Below, one piece after another: positions 45,195 through 58,034 of a DNA stretch of 64,000 bases (its first letter is position 1; each line of letters begins with the position of its first letter). The stretch comes from a virus: IMG/VR virus record IMGVR_UViG_3300025849_000018, positions 1-64,000 of that record, one strand, 5' to 3'. A program made the position numbers and the translations under genes. Below the pieces are notes generated by a model. It was given only the letters and a program-made list of their open reading frames with translations, made no database searches and was not told the DNA's origin.

Positions 45195-46438
45195 TAGTAT
45201 CCACTCTCCCAATCTTTTACATCGAACGGTGTAATAACATCTGGTGTGTCCCAAATATATGCTGCGCCAGCACTACTACCATCACCATAAGCACCAACAC
45301 AGATTTTACCACATCCTACCGAAATTGCGGCACCGAAATTGTCACCTGCCGCACCATCATTGGCATCTATCTTGGCGAGTTGGGTGCCATCCAGATCAAA
45401 GATATATGCTGAACCAGAATTAGAACCATTATCGTCATCCAGATAAGCACCAACACAGATTCTACCTGATCCTATCGCAACTGATCTACCGAAATAGTCA
45501 CCTGCCGCACCATCATTGGCATCTATCTTGGCGAGTTGAGTGCCATCTAGATCAAAGATATATGCTGAACCAGAATAAGTACCATTATCGTCATCACCAT
45601 AAGCACCAACACAGATTCTACCTGATCCTACCGCAACTCCGGAAGTGCCGGAGGCGAATGGCGCCGATCGACCGAAATAGTCGCCAATGTCACCATCACT
45701 TGGTTTTATCTTGGCGAGTTGATTGCCATCCAGATCAAAGATATATGCTGCGCCAGAATAAGAACCATTATCGCTATCCCCCGAAGCACCAACTACAATT
45801 CTATCGCATCCTACGGCGACTGATTCACCGAATCGTTTACTCTCCTCTACATCACTGGCAACTATCTTGGTTATTAGAACACCATCCAGATCATAGATAT
45901 ATGCTGAACCAGAATTATTCTCATTACCGTCATTGATACCGTCATCAAATAGGGCACCAACTACGATTCTACCTGATCCTACCGCAACTGATCTACCGAA
46001 CCTGTCATTTGACGCAGCATCACTGGCAACTATCTTGGCGAGTTGAGTGCCATCCAGATCAAAGATATATGCTGAACCAGCTTGACTAGCATCACCATAA
46101 GCACCAACACAGATTCTACTTGATCCTACCGCAATTGAAGCACCGAACAGGTCACTCGCCGCGCCATCACTGGCAGTTATCTTGGCGAGTTGAGTGCCAT
46201 CTAGATCAAAGATATATGCTGAACCAGATGCAGAACCATTATCGTCATCACCATAAGCACCAACACAAATTCTACCTGATCCTACCGCAACTTGCCCACC
46301 GAAATAGTCCGAATCCGCAGTATCACTACCAACTATCTTGGTTTCATTGCTGGGTGCAGTGTCAACATCTCCTGATCCGTACATAAACGGAATTCCACTC
46401 TGACTCAAAACTGCAACGTTATTTACTTTAAATGTCAC
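45194..46438 (-). CDS. FG-GAP repeat beta-propeller protein (paralog 1)
   Basis: Seven repeats; SD GGAG before GTG 46438. Confidence 0.92.
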   Translation of the reverse strand: MTFKVNNVAVLSQSGIPFMYGSGDVDTAPSNETKIVGSDTADSDYFGGQVAVGSGRICVGAYGDDDNGSASGSAYIFDLDGTQLAKITASDGAASDLFGASIAVGSSRICVGAYGDASQAGSAYIFDLDGTQLAKIVASDAASNDRFGRSVAVGSGRIVVGALFDDGINDGNENNSGSAYIYDLDGVLITKIVASDVEESKRFGESVAVGCDRIVVGASGDSDNGSYSGAAYIFDLDGNQLAKIKPSDGDIGDYFGRSAPFASGTSGVAVGSGRICVGAYGDDDNGTYSGSAYIFDLDGTQLAKIDANDGAAGDYFGRSVAIGSGRICVGAYLDDDNGSNSGSAYIFDLDGTQLAKIDANDGAAGDNFGAAISVGCGKICVGAYGDGSSAGAAYIWDTPDVITPFDVKDWESGY

Positions 46439-46456
46439 TAAATTCTCCAATACATA

Positions 46457-46495
46457 TTGACAAATGAGTTAAATATAAGTATAATTGTATTTATA
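46457..46495. promoter_or_regulatory. Abutting divergent promoters: sigma70 (+) and late (-)
   Basis: + TTGACA-N17-TATAAT 46457-46485; - TATAAATA 46495-46488. Confidence 0.85.
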
Positions 46496-46526
46496 CTAAA
46501 ACAATCCTCTTTGAGAACCTTATTAT

Positions 46527-49160
46527 ATGAAACTTTGCTTTGTTGATACACTCGGCCTCTGTTATGATGGATCCACACTCGATAAAAGAGGATTAGGTGG
46601 TTCCGAGTCCGCAATCATTCTAATGTCAAAAGAACTTGTTCAACTAGGATTCGAAGTTACTGTATTTAACGACTGTATACACGACGATGCAAATCCAGGC
46701 ATCTATGACGGTGTTACATATCGTTCTCTACATGACATAGAACAATATCATAATTACTTCGATATTTATATCTCTTCAAGATCAGTGGTTTCATTTGCAC
46801 CCAACTCAATGAAAGAAAGATTTAAGTGGGCAGACAAACTACCTAATCTTGAAAGTGTCGCAATGACATCTAAACATCGTGTACTCTGGATGCATGATAC
46901 ATTCTGTGATGGTGATGATCTGATTGAAGACTTTGTATTACGAGGTCGCATTCATGAAATCTTTACTCTGTCTGATTGGCATACATCATATGTAACAACA
47001 TGTAATCACGGCAAACAACGAAGTTATGAAACACTGAAACAATATATTTTCCAAACTCGCAATGGTATTCAACTTCATCACGAATGGGTAGATGTAAAAG
47101 CAAAAGACCCCGATCTGTTTGTTTATAATGCGTCAGTTACAAAGGGTATGATACCTCTTGTGAATAATGTGTGGCCGATTGTCAAAGAAAAACTACCTAA
47201 TGCGAAACTCAAGGTCATTGGTGGTTTCTATCGATTTCGATCTACACATGGTCCAGATCAACAGGAACTTGACTGGCGAGATATGGTTGATAATCCAGTT
47301 CACGCAGATAGAGACATAGAGTTTACTGGTATCATATCACAAAAAGAAATCGCTGACATACTTGTGAAGTCTTCATATATGATATATCCTTCTGCGTTTC
47401 CTGAAACATTTGGCATCTCTACACTTGAGTCTCTCGCATATAATACACCACTCATTACTTGTCGTTTCGGCGCACTTGAAGAAACTGCGATTGATGTTGC
47501 TTGTTATAAAATACCTTATCCAATACAACCAAACTTTCAATTACCGTCAATTGATACCGATATTCAATCGGCAATCTTTGCTGATGCTGTTGTTCGCGCA
47601 TACAACACTCCTTATCTACATCAACAGAAGATGTATGCTTGTAATCAAGTCAAAGATATTTGTGCGTGGTCAACAGTCGCATTACAATGGAAACAACACT
47701 TCTATAAACTAATGGGTGACTTCTTATCAATCCAAGAATATCGTAAAGTGACTGATATTAACAATCGTGTTCATAAAGTATTTGGTCGCCGTTTTCATAA
47801 CTACGAAGAAGCGACCATTCGCAAACAGATAGAGAAACCTATTGTAGTTATTACTGCTGTTTATAATGCAGAGAATTATATTGACAAGTGTATTCGTTCT
47901 GTTGCGGCACAGGATTATGAAAACTATCGGATGATTATTATTAATGATGCATCAACAGATCGCACTGCTGAGGTGATTGAAAATACAATCGCTGAAACTG
48001 GTCTTGAAAACTTTGAGGTGATTACTCGTAAAGAAAATGTGGGAGCAGTGTTCAATCAAATATCAACCATTCAATCAAAATGTGACCCAGAAGATATTAC
48101 AATGATCCTTGATGGTGATGATTGGTTAGTCAATAATTCAAATATCTTTAACCTGTATAATAATCTATATCATGATGGCGCAGAATATACCTATGGCAGT
48201 TGCTGGTCGTTAGTTGATAAGATACCATTGATTGCTCAACCTTATCCACCAGAAGTCAAAGCGAATAAGTCTTATCGCGATTATAAATTCAACTGGAACT
48301 TTCCGTATCCGCATTTAAGAACTTTTCTTGGTAGACTTGCCTTGGACCTAGACGCCACACTGTTCCAAGACGCGCAGGGCGAATGGTATCGTGCAGGTGG
48401 GGATAACTCTACCTTCTACAACATCATTGAACAGGCAGACCCAGAGAAGGTCGTATGCGTGCCTGACATCGTATATAACTACAACGACACCAATCCAATC
48501 AACGACTATAAAGTGAATGGCACAGAACAGAATGAAACTGCAAATAACATTTTAGGAAAAAATATGAAGAAAACTAAACGAATATTGATTGCTATTCCCA
48601 CAGCGAAGTATATTGAACCAGAGACAATGAAGTCAATCTATGATCAGATTATTCCAGAAGGTTATCAAACTGAGTTTCAGTTCTTCTATGGTTATCAGAT
48701 TGATCAAATTCGTAATCTGATTGCTAACTGGATGGAAAATAAAGATTATGATTATTTGTTCTCCGTTGACTCGGATATTATATTCCCTCCTGATACATTG
48801 ATTCGCCTACTCGATCATGATAAAGATTTGGTCACAGGAATATATCGGCAACGACTGCCTAATCAAACTCTTGAGGTATATGATCAAAATCTACAGAATA
48901 TTCCAATTGAAAATTTACCTAATAACTCTCTAATAGAAATTGGCGGTTGTGGTTTCGGTTGCGTTTTAGTTAAGAAAAAATTATTTGTTAAGATTGGTTA
49001 TCCGCAGTTTGTTTATCATTCAGCGATTGACCATAAAGATACTTTCAGTGAAGATAATTATTTCTGTAAAGCAGCGAGAGAAAATGGTTTTCAACTGTAT
49101 GCTGATACCAGTCTTTTCTGCGGTCATAAAGGAACACATGTATACGAGGTTGTCAAATGA
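46527..49160 (+). CDS. Three-domain glycosyltransferase (GT4-like + GT2 + GT2-like)
   Basis: GGSE...ETFGISTLESLA; YNAE.YI..CI.SV...DASTD...LDGDD; AIPT...VDSDI...GFGC...SED..FC. Confidence 0.9.
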   Translation: MKLCFVDTLGLCYDGSTLDKRGLGGSESAIILMSKELVQLGFEVTVFNDCIHDDANPGIYDGVTYRSLHDIEQYHNYFDIYISSRSVVSFAPNSMKERFKWADKLPNLESVAMTSKHRVLWMHDTFCDGDDLIEDFVLRGRIHEIFTLSDWHTSYVTTCNHGKQRSYETLKQYIFQTRNGIQLHHEWVDVKAKDPDLFVYNASVTKGMIPLVNNVWPIVKEKLPNAKLKVIGGFYRFRSTHGPDQQELDWRDMVDNPVHADRDIEFTGIISQKEIADILVKSSYMIYPSAFPETFGISTLESLAYNTPLITCRFGALEETAIDVACYKIPYPIQPNFQLPSIDTDIQSAIFADAVVRAYNTPYLHQQKMYACNQVKDICAWSTVALQWKQHFYKLMGDFLSIQEYRKVTDINNRVHKVFGRRFHNYEEATIRKQIEKPIVVITAVYNAENYIDKCIRSVAAQDYENYRMIIINDASTDRTAEVIENTIAETGLENFEVITRKENVGAVFNQISTIQSKCDPEDITMILDGDDWLVNNSNIFNLYNNLYHDGAEYTYGSCWSLVDKIPLIAQPYPPEVKANKSYRDYKFNWNFPYPHLRTFLGRLALDLDATLFQDAQGEWYRAGGDNSTFYNIIEQADPEKVVCVPDIVYNYNDTNPINDYKVNGTEQNETANNILGKNMKKTKRILIAIPTAKYIEPETMKSIYDQIIPEGYQTEFQFFYGYQIDQIRNLIANWMENKDYDYLFSVDSDIIFPPDTLIRLLDHDKDLVTGIYRQRLPNQTLEVYDQNLQNIPIENLPNNSLIEIGGCGFGCVLVKKKLFVKIGYPQFVYHSAIDHKDTFSEDNYFCKAARENGFQLYADTSLFCGHKGTHVYEVVK

Positions 49161-49822
49161 GTTACGAATCTCTAACACATCAAGTAGAAGAAAAGATTGA
49201 CAATGTGGAATCTTGGACTTGGATTGAAAAAGACTGGGAAGGTTTTCGTTGGCCAAAAGAAGATTGGCAAGATGCGATCAAAGGGTTGATTGAAAAACAT
49301 GTGAACAGTAGAACTGTTGTCGTTCAGGCAGGAGGATTACAGGGAATGTATCCAAGATTACTCAGCGATATGTTTGAACGAGTATATACCTTTGAACCTG
49401 ATCCTCTCAGTTTTCATTGTCTTGTCAATAACTGTCAAAAAGATAATATCATAAAAATACAAGCTGCGGTCGGTGAACACAATGGTCTCATAGACATCAA
49501 TAGATTTTGCGAACACAATGTTGGAATGAACAGTGTGATACAAGGTAACAAGTATCCAATGTTTACCATTGACTCACTGGGTTTAGATACATGTGACTTT
49601 ATACAGTTAGATGTAGAGGGGTTTGAGATTCCCGCATTGCGTGGTGCCAGTAACACCATTGATAAATTCAGACCAGTGTTGTGTATTGAAACAAGAGTGG
49701 GAACTGAAAAAGAGGTGAATGATTATATGAGTAATTTACGATATTACAATATTGATACGTATCATCACGATAGTTTTTGGTTGCCGATTATTCAACATCA
49801 ACCAAAGGGATTTGTTTCCTAA
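49157..49822 (+). CDS. FkbM-family methyltransferase
   Basis: VVQAGG..G.YP, YTFEPD, IQLDVEGFE..AL.GA..TI....P. Confidence 0.9.
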   Translation: MSYESLTHQVEEKIDNVESWTWIEKDWEGFRWPKEDWQDAIKGLIEKHVNSRTVVVQAGGLQGMYPRLLSDMFERVYTFEPDPLSFHCLVNNCQKDNIIKIQAAVGEHNGLIDINRFCEHNVGMNSVIQGNKYPMFTIDSLGLDTCDFIQLDVEGFEIPALRGASNTIDKFRPVLCIETRVGTEKEVNDYMSNLRYYNIDTYHHDSFWLPIIQHQPKGFVS

Positions 49823-50079
49823 TACTCGTCGGGTAGATGAGAACCTTTCACTTCAGACATATATGAGTGATAACAATGATTTGTCTCCAGTGGTCGGAAT
49901 AGAAAGTCAAGAATTGGCCTCATAATCCTTCCAATTCTTTTGTCGTCTCGTTCAAGTCTCCAACAAGCAGCGGAAATAGTCTCGTCAGGCCACGCGGCAC
50001 CCAACGAGATTACAGAAAATATAAACTGATCCAGAGCAATCAATAAATGAAGTATTCTTCTTTGAAAGGTTAGTTTCAT
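49819..50079 (-). CDS. Small phage protein
   Basis: ALDQ...PDETISA..WR...HC..S motif common near tail genes. Confidence 0.75.
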   Translation of the reverse strand: MKLTFQRRILHLLIALDQFIFSVISLGAAWPDETISAACWRLERDDKRIGRIMRPILDFLFRPLETNHCYHSYMSEVKGSHLPDEY

Positions 50080-50621
50080 GATGGCCAAGTCATCACTGGC
50101 AATTCAGCAATTAATTCTGAAACTGTTGGCAAAGTTCTAGTCTCTGCCTCAACATCTGCTAATACTTGCTCGACGTATTCCCAAACTGCCACTCTCCAAG
50201 TCAATGCTGCTTGCCCTTCTGTAGCATATGTTCCTGTACCAGAAGCATATGAACAAGCAGACATAATATTGTCGTACAGTTTCGTTTTTGCTTCTGTGTC
50301 TAAATGTTCTTGTACTGCTTCAGAATATTCACCAATTAAAATTTGTTTATATGCGTCTTTTTCTTCTGCTGTCATTTCTACAACAGTTTTATTTATAGTC
50401 CAAACTCCATCAACTAAAGATGGAGTAGAACCAACTACAATCTTATGCGTGACTTTATCATATGTGGGATCTTCGACAATTGTTACAGGATAAACACCCC
50501 ACTCTGCTAACAGTTCTTCTGATGTTTCTTTCGGAAAAGAAACATTAGCATTATCTGTTTTTAATTGCCTAACAGAATATGGATATGTTTCAACTAAGTT
50601 ATTTGCTATTTTAACATACAT
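50076..50621 (-). CDS. Tail-fibre assembly-like protein
   Basis: YPYS..QL...N.NVSFP; HLD..A....YD.I.SA.SY...WR..VW. Confidence 0.7.
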   Translation of the reverse strand: MYVKIANNLVETYPYSVRQLKTDNANVSFPKETSEELLAEWGVYPVTIVEDPTYDKVTHKIVVGSTPSLVDGVWTINKTVVEMTAEEKDAYKQILIGEYSEAVQEHLDTEAKTKLYDNIMSACSYASGTGTYATEGQAALTWRVAVWEYVEQVLADVEAETRTLPTVSELIAELPVMTWPS

Positions 50622-50634
50622 TTAATATTCTCTC

Positions 50635-51252
50635 TTACGATCCAAATCCTGAAGCATCAAGTCCTGAGTCTTCAGTCCAAATTCGAATCTCATCTATAGT
50701 GCCATTAAAGTTTACTTCATAAGCAGAGCCAATGTCTGCAATGCCTGAGTTATTTTGCCCGTATCCTTTACCGTTGCTTCCGTAAACTTGACTTTGCCCC
50801 CCGCCAGCAGTATCAGTTCCTAGTTCAACTATTGAGTTTGCCGATCCTTTGCCGCCTTCTTGTACATAGACCGTGAGAGTAAAGGTGCTTGCATCAACAA
50901 CAATATAATAGGTTGCGTCTGATCCAGTATATGAGGATATATCGACCTCAACCTCTGCTGCATCTGGATCAGTTCCCCATGAGGAATTTCCAGCACTGTC
51001 AAAAGCCCTTGCGCGTAAAGTCCCATTATTGACCCCAACAGCCAAACCAGCACCACCATTGCCGCCCAAATCAATTAAAACACCGTCATTAGTTGATGAA
51101 ATGTTGGCATCAATCGCTATGAGAACATCATAAAAACCGAACACCCCAGTTCCGGTGCTTGGGAAAGACGTTATCGTGTAGTCTGGCGTACCGTAGTCCG
51201 CTTCATAATCAAACTCGACAAAAGACGAAAGTAGTGCTTTAAATCTGAACAT
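50635..51252 (-). CDS. Putative virion beta-sandwich (LamG-like) protein
   Basis: FNGTIDEIRIW C-terminal motif; TAATG coupling. Confidence 0.65.
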   Translation of the reverse strand: MFRFKALLSSFVEFDYEADYGTPDYTITSFPSTGTGVFGFYDVLIAIDANISSTNDGVLIDLGGNGGAGLAVGVNNGTLRARAFDSAGNSSWGTDPDAAEVEVDISSYTGSDATYYIVVDASTFTLTVYVQEGGKGSANSIVELGTDTAGGGQSQVYGSNGKGYGQNNSGIADIGSAYEVNFNGTIDEIRIWTEDSGLDASGFGS

Positions 51253-51967
51253 TAAGAAGAAACCCCAACCAATGCTCCATATAATACTGAACCAACTTTC
51301 CACACATTAATAATTGTTTCATTTGTTGTATCAAGCGTTGGAGCAGTACCGCCAATCCATTCCATTGTCGGCCAAGTAATTGTGTATGCTGTTCCGTCGA
51401 GAATATGCATTGTGATATATTCGCCTGTTGTAAGACTATCACTGAATGTAGAACTCGCAGAAAGTGTCAAGTTTTGAATTGTACCATTTGAAGGATCAAG
51501 GGCAAATGTTGCACCAACTGTCGCGTTTGTATAAACATTTTCTTGAATTGCTTTTGCGAATGTTACAGTTTCATCTGAACCAATAGTAATTGCCGTGGCA
51601 TCACCGTTGTCTACAATACTCGTGACACCTGATGAACCAGTAAATCCTGTTGATCCTGCTGACCCAGTAAAACCTGCACCTTGAGAACCAGTAAATCCTG
51701 TTGGGCCCGCGACTGTTGAGTCAGAACCCTTCGATCCAGTAAATCCTGTTGGGCCAGTGTCGCCTTGAGAACCAGTAAATCCAATAACACCTTGATCACC
51801 TTGAGAACCAGTGAATCCGATAACACCTTGATCGCCTGTATCACCTTTTGATCCAGTATAACCTAAGTCACCTACAAAAATCCACTTTGATCCGTCCCAT
51901 CGCCAAATACTTGTGCCGACTGTATGATCGTCATTTAGACTCGGTGAATTTGGGAAATTAATCGCCA

Positions 51968-51968
<1 letters not shown>
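51252..51968 (-). CDS. Short collagen-like fibre protein
   Basis: INFP.SP...W.WDG..W N-module, GFTGS triplet repeats, TITWP...W.GG.AP C-domain. Confidence 0.85.
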
Positions 51969-53845
<1,877 letters not shown>

Positions 53846-53858
53846 TTTATTTTATCTC

Positions 53859-56800
53859 TTAATCTGAACTTGACTTGCCAGAAATACCATATGAAGCATC
53901 AAACTCTAGATAGACGGCGTGCATTCCATCTTCAAAAGATGCTTCTGTGTGACCGCCGATAATCAATTTATTCCCCAAAGATTCTATTGAAGTACCGAAT
54001 TCATTTGAACCTGTACCTATTTGATATTGTTTCCAAGCATCAGCATCCATGTCTATAATACCAACAATTAAATCTAACAACCCAGAAGTCTGATTATCAT
54101 CTGCGAAGAATCCGGAACTATGACCGACTATCGCAATTCTACCATCTGGAAGTTTAGTACTGTGATGCCCGTTCTGTGTTACCAAGCACGACCTTAATGT
54201 TCCTGTTTGATACGCATCACCCCAAACATCAGTTACATAATTAAATTTAACTACACCGAAATCTTCTGATCCAGAGTTGGTTTGATTACCAAGCGCACCA
54301 TTTGTAGAATATGTTACAACTAATGTATTCGCGCCAATATCATGTATATTTATACCACTATCATTGAAGCCACTTCCAGTTTGATAATATTCGGTAGTGT
54401 GAGTTGTCATCTCGTGGATACCTAAGAAAATATCATATCCACCTAGATTCGTATGAGTAGGATCACCTAACGTGCCTGTTGATCTTCCAGTAATAGCAAT
54501 GTCTGTATTCTCCAATTCTGTGACTGCATATATCTCTTCATCTTTGGTAGAACCATTCTGAAAATACATAAATGCGCCAGTTGATGGATTAATATGATAG
54601 ATAATATAATCATACACACCAGACTCACCAGTGTTTTTTCTTCCTATATCTCCTGATGTCACACCAACAGGTACAATCATTCCTCCGCTGTGTTGTATAA
54701 TATCATATCCAAATGCGTTACCATCATCAGCAGTACCATCACCAACAGTAGCTACTTGATAGAAATTAAAGATACTATCGGTAAAGTTGTATCTCAGCCC
54801 TGAAGTTTTATCCGATCGATAAGAATCTGTATTTAAATAATTTTGCACATCAGACAAGTCAACTGACGCTGCCCAGAACTGAAATACACCTTGCGCGCCG
54901 AATGAACCATCATATTCTTCAACAGTAGCAAAGGTTGCAGTGTATGTCGGACTGCCGGCCGCAGTTCTTGTCCAACTAGCAGTTGAATCGGCAGAAGCAG
55001 AAATAGAAGTAATTGTCGCACTATTTAAAGATTCCGTTAAAGTTGTTGCTTGATATAACATCTTTGTGGTTGGGTTACCATTAATATGATAGTTACCCGT
55101 TCCGAACTCTTGTTTCCAAGATCGGAATAACATTCCATCAATACTGTCAGAGTGACTTGTTTTGGTTCCAACAGAAACAATATTATCCTGTGTAGCATCA
55201 TCAATCACAGCAACAAGATTTTCTGTTCCCATGAACCCTATGCTATTTTGCCATTGAATTGCACCAGTATTATCATACTGTACAATAACACCATTTGCTC
55301 CTGCTTGACCAACAACATGAATCTTTCGATTCGTATTGCCAATAACCCAGTTTGGATTTGTGTAGTTTTCAGCAACAACAGAATTAAAAGTACACGAACC
55401 AAGAGTCCTTGACCAAGTCTTACCGACGTTATATGATGCAGAACCTAAAGTTTCGTCAACCTGTAACTGTAATACAAAACCATCAGATTCTTCATTACCA
55501 ACTACCGCGTAATCAGCGCCGTTACCAGAACCATCAGGGTCGCCAATACATGCAATATCATTCGCGGCACCATTGGCAGAAGCAGAAAAACCACCAATCC
55601 ATTGAATCATTCGATTTGATGTACTGTCAGTTTCACCCATACCATAACGAATCTTATTTGCACCATTATCGCCGGAGAATAAGAATCTGCCTTTTGTGCT
55701 ATCAGTATCAGGGCGAAGTCGATTTACATTCAGATTAGAAACGGTGTTAACTTCTGTCACAGTGCCGTCTAAATCAACAACGGTAAAGTATGTTGTTGTA
55801 CCAGTTTCCATCGCCATAACAACATACTCTGTACCGCCATCGTTTGTTACGACTACGCTCTTCGCAACTTCAGCACTAGAAGTTCCATATGCATATGACC
55901 AAGTGACAGAAGAAGTTGTGCCTGTTGGATTTATTTTAATTAAAAGAGCATCGGTGCTACCTGCGCCGAAATTAACAGTGCTTCCACAAATATAAAGATT
56001 GTCGCTAGAATCTATCGCGATACCATATGCTACATCTGCGCCAGTTGATCCACTATCATATTTGTATTGCCAAACTTCCTCGAAGTTTTTATTTAATTTA
56101 TAGATAACAATGTAACCATCTTCATGATTTGCCAGTGTGTAGTAGTTTTCATCAGAGTCTTGTATTACATCGACTGGAGATATTTCGTTTAATCCGTCTT
56201 CAATATTCCTCAAGAATCCATGGCATTTGATATCACGCTTCGTGACAAGTTCTGATTTAGTGTACCCCGTGAGCCATATTTTATCATCAGATGCTTGACA
56301 CACGCCAGTACAGAAATCTACACCCATTCCACCATAAACAAAATGAACTTCACGATCTGTGTTATCACCATCAATCAAACTAAATAAGATATTTTTTTCT
56401 GATGTATTTGCAATATTTAATCCATTAACTTGGCCAACCGCTACTTTTCTTCCATCATTTAAAGGAAGAATATGTTCATAGATTTCTTCACCACCCAAAT
56501 CAATTTCTTTTTTACGATAGAAACTTGGACTTCCTGTGGAATATTCCAAAATTCTTTTATCGGTCGCGATACCTTTTGGTTCGAGATTATTGTATCTGGA
56601 CACAGAACCATTGTTTGTATCATACTCAAGATATCCGGTGTTGGCGGCTGAACGAGTTAAAAATCCTCCAGTTGAGGAATCATAATCGAGGTGTTCATAA
56701 CCAAGAAATTGTTCGTCGAGTTGAAACGAATAAACTCCATCGCCCTGATAGGTTGAAGCACCGCCATCAGATGTCCCACTTAATAAAAGGTAGAACGAGG

Positions 56801-58031
56801 TGTCTGATGAGTTATAACGAAAACCATGTACACGGACAGGACTTGCGCTTATATTTGTAAGTACCTGTCCCTCGTCAGTCCAAGTTGTTCCATTATATGA
56901 ATGTATACGAATACCGCCATTGATGATATCGCTATATGCGACAAATAGATCGGATCCGACCGAAACACATTGAGCATCGCATGGACCAAGAAAATCAGAT
57001 TTTAATACTTGTCTAACGAGATCACTACTGTCTTGTGTTGCGGCGCTCGGTATCGACCAAACTTCCAAATCCGTGTTAGCAGAATTGGTTTGATTTGTCA
57101 TTAAGACTGGGAAATATACTCTAGTGTCTAATAAGTCTCCGCAACTTGCTCTTACTGGCCAATTCTTTTGTACACCAGATGTGCCATTCGCAGTAAAGAC
57201 AGGATCCCTCAAGTCGAATGTTCCTAACTGTACCTCACCTGTAAAAGAAGTTGCAGAATCGTTGTATGTTTTACTGAATACATCCCAACTAGTGTTATTC
57301 GCGCTAATATAAAAGTAATGATACCGATCACTTGTGCCGCGTATTAAACCGCCTGTCATATAATTTTTATTTGCCGTGCTGGGTAGAGTTACATCATTGT
57401 GTGAGTTGTGCGCGCCACCAACTGAAGGAGTATGAACTCTTGCTAAACGACTCTGATATTTTGTTCCTTGAGTATTGACATCGATACTAATCGAATATCC
57501 AAAAGATTTGTCATCAGAATCAATGAATCCACCGCCAGAAGTTGTTTCTCGGCCGCCCTCATAATCCACATAGAAAGAAGGTAGGTGTTTGTGATACTGA
57601 TAATAATACCATTCAGTATCGCCTTCTGGAAGATAAAAACGATCCCAATAAAATGCATCGTCAGGCACGGCATATGCTCCCATGTGGGAAAACATTATCG
57701 CGTCATCTTCTATTGCGTTGGTAAGATCGTTAACTCCCGCACCAATATGTTCAATTGCTCCTGCGTGATAGTTTACAGACGATCCATCCCAATCTTCAGA
57801 CAACAAAGGAATTGTACCTTCTATTGTCAAATAATCGGCCGCGCTTTCCAGGTCAGCAATATTGCCCCACTCGTGTAACCTTACCTTAGCACCGACCGTA
57901 TCATTTGAACCATTGACAGGAAGATATGTATACCAAAATCCTTGCCTATCAATGTTATTGTTGATAGGCAACGGTGAATACTCAGAAGTATTTGCTGAGT
58001 ATTCGTATGTTACATTAATGTAAGTTGCCAT
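53859..58031 (-). CDS. Large putative virion protein with beta-propeller repeats (1390 aa)
   Basis: AYGIAIDSSDNLYICG-type blades; G/S/T/D-rich; in fibre cluster. Confidence 0.75.
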   Translation of the reverse strand: MATYINVTYEYSANTSEYSPLPINNNIDRQGFWYTYLPVNGSNDTVGAKVRLHEWGNIADLESAADYLTIEGTIPLLSEDWDGSSVNYHAGAIEHIGAGVNDLTNAIEDDAIMFSHMGAYAVPDDAFYWDRFYLPEGDTEWYYYQYHKHLPSFYVDYEGGRETTSGGGFIDSDDKSFGYSISIDVNTQGTKYQSRLARVHTPSVGGAHNSHNDVTLPSTANKNYMTGGLIRGTSDRYHYFYISANNTSWDVFSKTYNDSATSFTGEVQLGTFDLRDPVFTANGTSGVQKNWPVRASCGDLLDTRVYFPVLMTNQTNSANTDLEVWSIPSAATQDSSDLVRQVLKSDFLGPCDAQCVSVGSDLFVAYSDIINGGIRIHSYNGTTWTDEGQVLTNISASPVRVHGFRYNSSDTSFYLLLSGTSDGGASTYQGDGVYSFQLDEQFLGYEHLDYDSSTGGFLTRSAANTGYLEYDTNNGSVSRYNNLEPKGIATDKRILEYSTGSPSFYRKKEIDLGGEEIYEHILPLNDGRKVAVGQVNGLNIANTSEKNILFSLIDGDNTDREVHFVYGGMGVDFCTGVCQASDDKIWLTGYTKSELVTKRDIKCHGFLRNIEDGLNEISPVDVIQDSDENYYTLANHEDGYIVIYKLNKNFEEVWQYKYDSGSTGADVAYGIAIDSSDNLYICGSTVNFGAGSTDALLIKINPTGTTSSVTWSYAYGTSSAEVAKSVVVTNDGGTEYVVMAMETGTTTYFTVVDLDGTVTEVNTVSNLNVNRLRPDTDSTKGRFLFSGDNGANKIRYGMGETDSTSNRMIQWIGGFSASANGAANDIACIGDPDGSGNGADYAVVGNEESDGFVLQLQVDETLGSASYNVGKTWSRTLGSCTFNSVVAENYTNPNWVIGNTNRKIHVVGQAGANGVIVQYDNTGAIQWQNSIGFMGTENLVAVIDDATQDNIVSVGTKTSHSDSIDGMLFRSWKQEFGTGNYHINGNPTTKMLYQATTLTESLNSATITSISASADSTASWTRTAAGSPTYTATFATVEEYDGSFGAQGVFQFWAASVDLSDVQNYLNTDSYRSDKTSGLRYNFTDSIFNFYQVATVGDGTADDGNAFGYDIIQHSGGMIVPVGVTSGDIGRKNTGESGVYDYIIYHINPSTGAFMYFQNGSTKDEEIYAVTELENTDIAITGRSTGTLGDPTHTNLGGYDIFLGIHEMTTHTTEYYQTGSGFNDSGINIHDIGANTLVVTYSTNGALGNQTNSGSEDFGVVKFNYVTDVWGDAYQTGTLRSCLVTQNGHHSTKLPDGRIAIVGHSSGFFADDNQTSGLLDLIVGIIDMDADAWKQYQIGTGSNEFGTSIESLGNKLIIGGHTEASFEDGMHAVYLEFDASYGISGKSSSD

Positions 58032-58034
58032 ATA

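Noticed and set aside
42152-46438. CRISPR-like or DGR-like repeat array
   Set aside because: Repeats are in-frame FG-GAP coding units; no cas or reverse transcriptase gene, no non-coding template copy or evident adenine-specific variation
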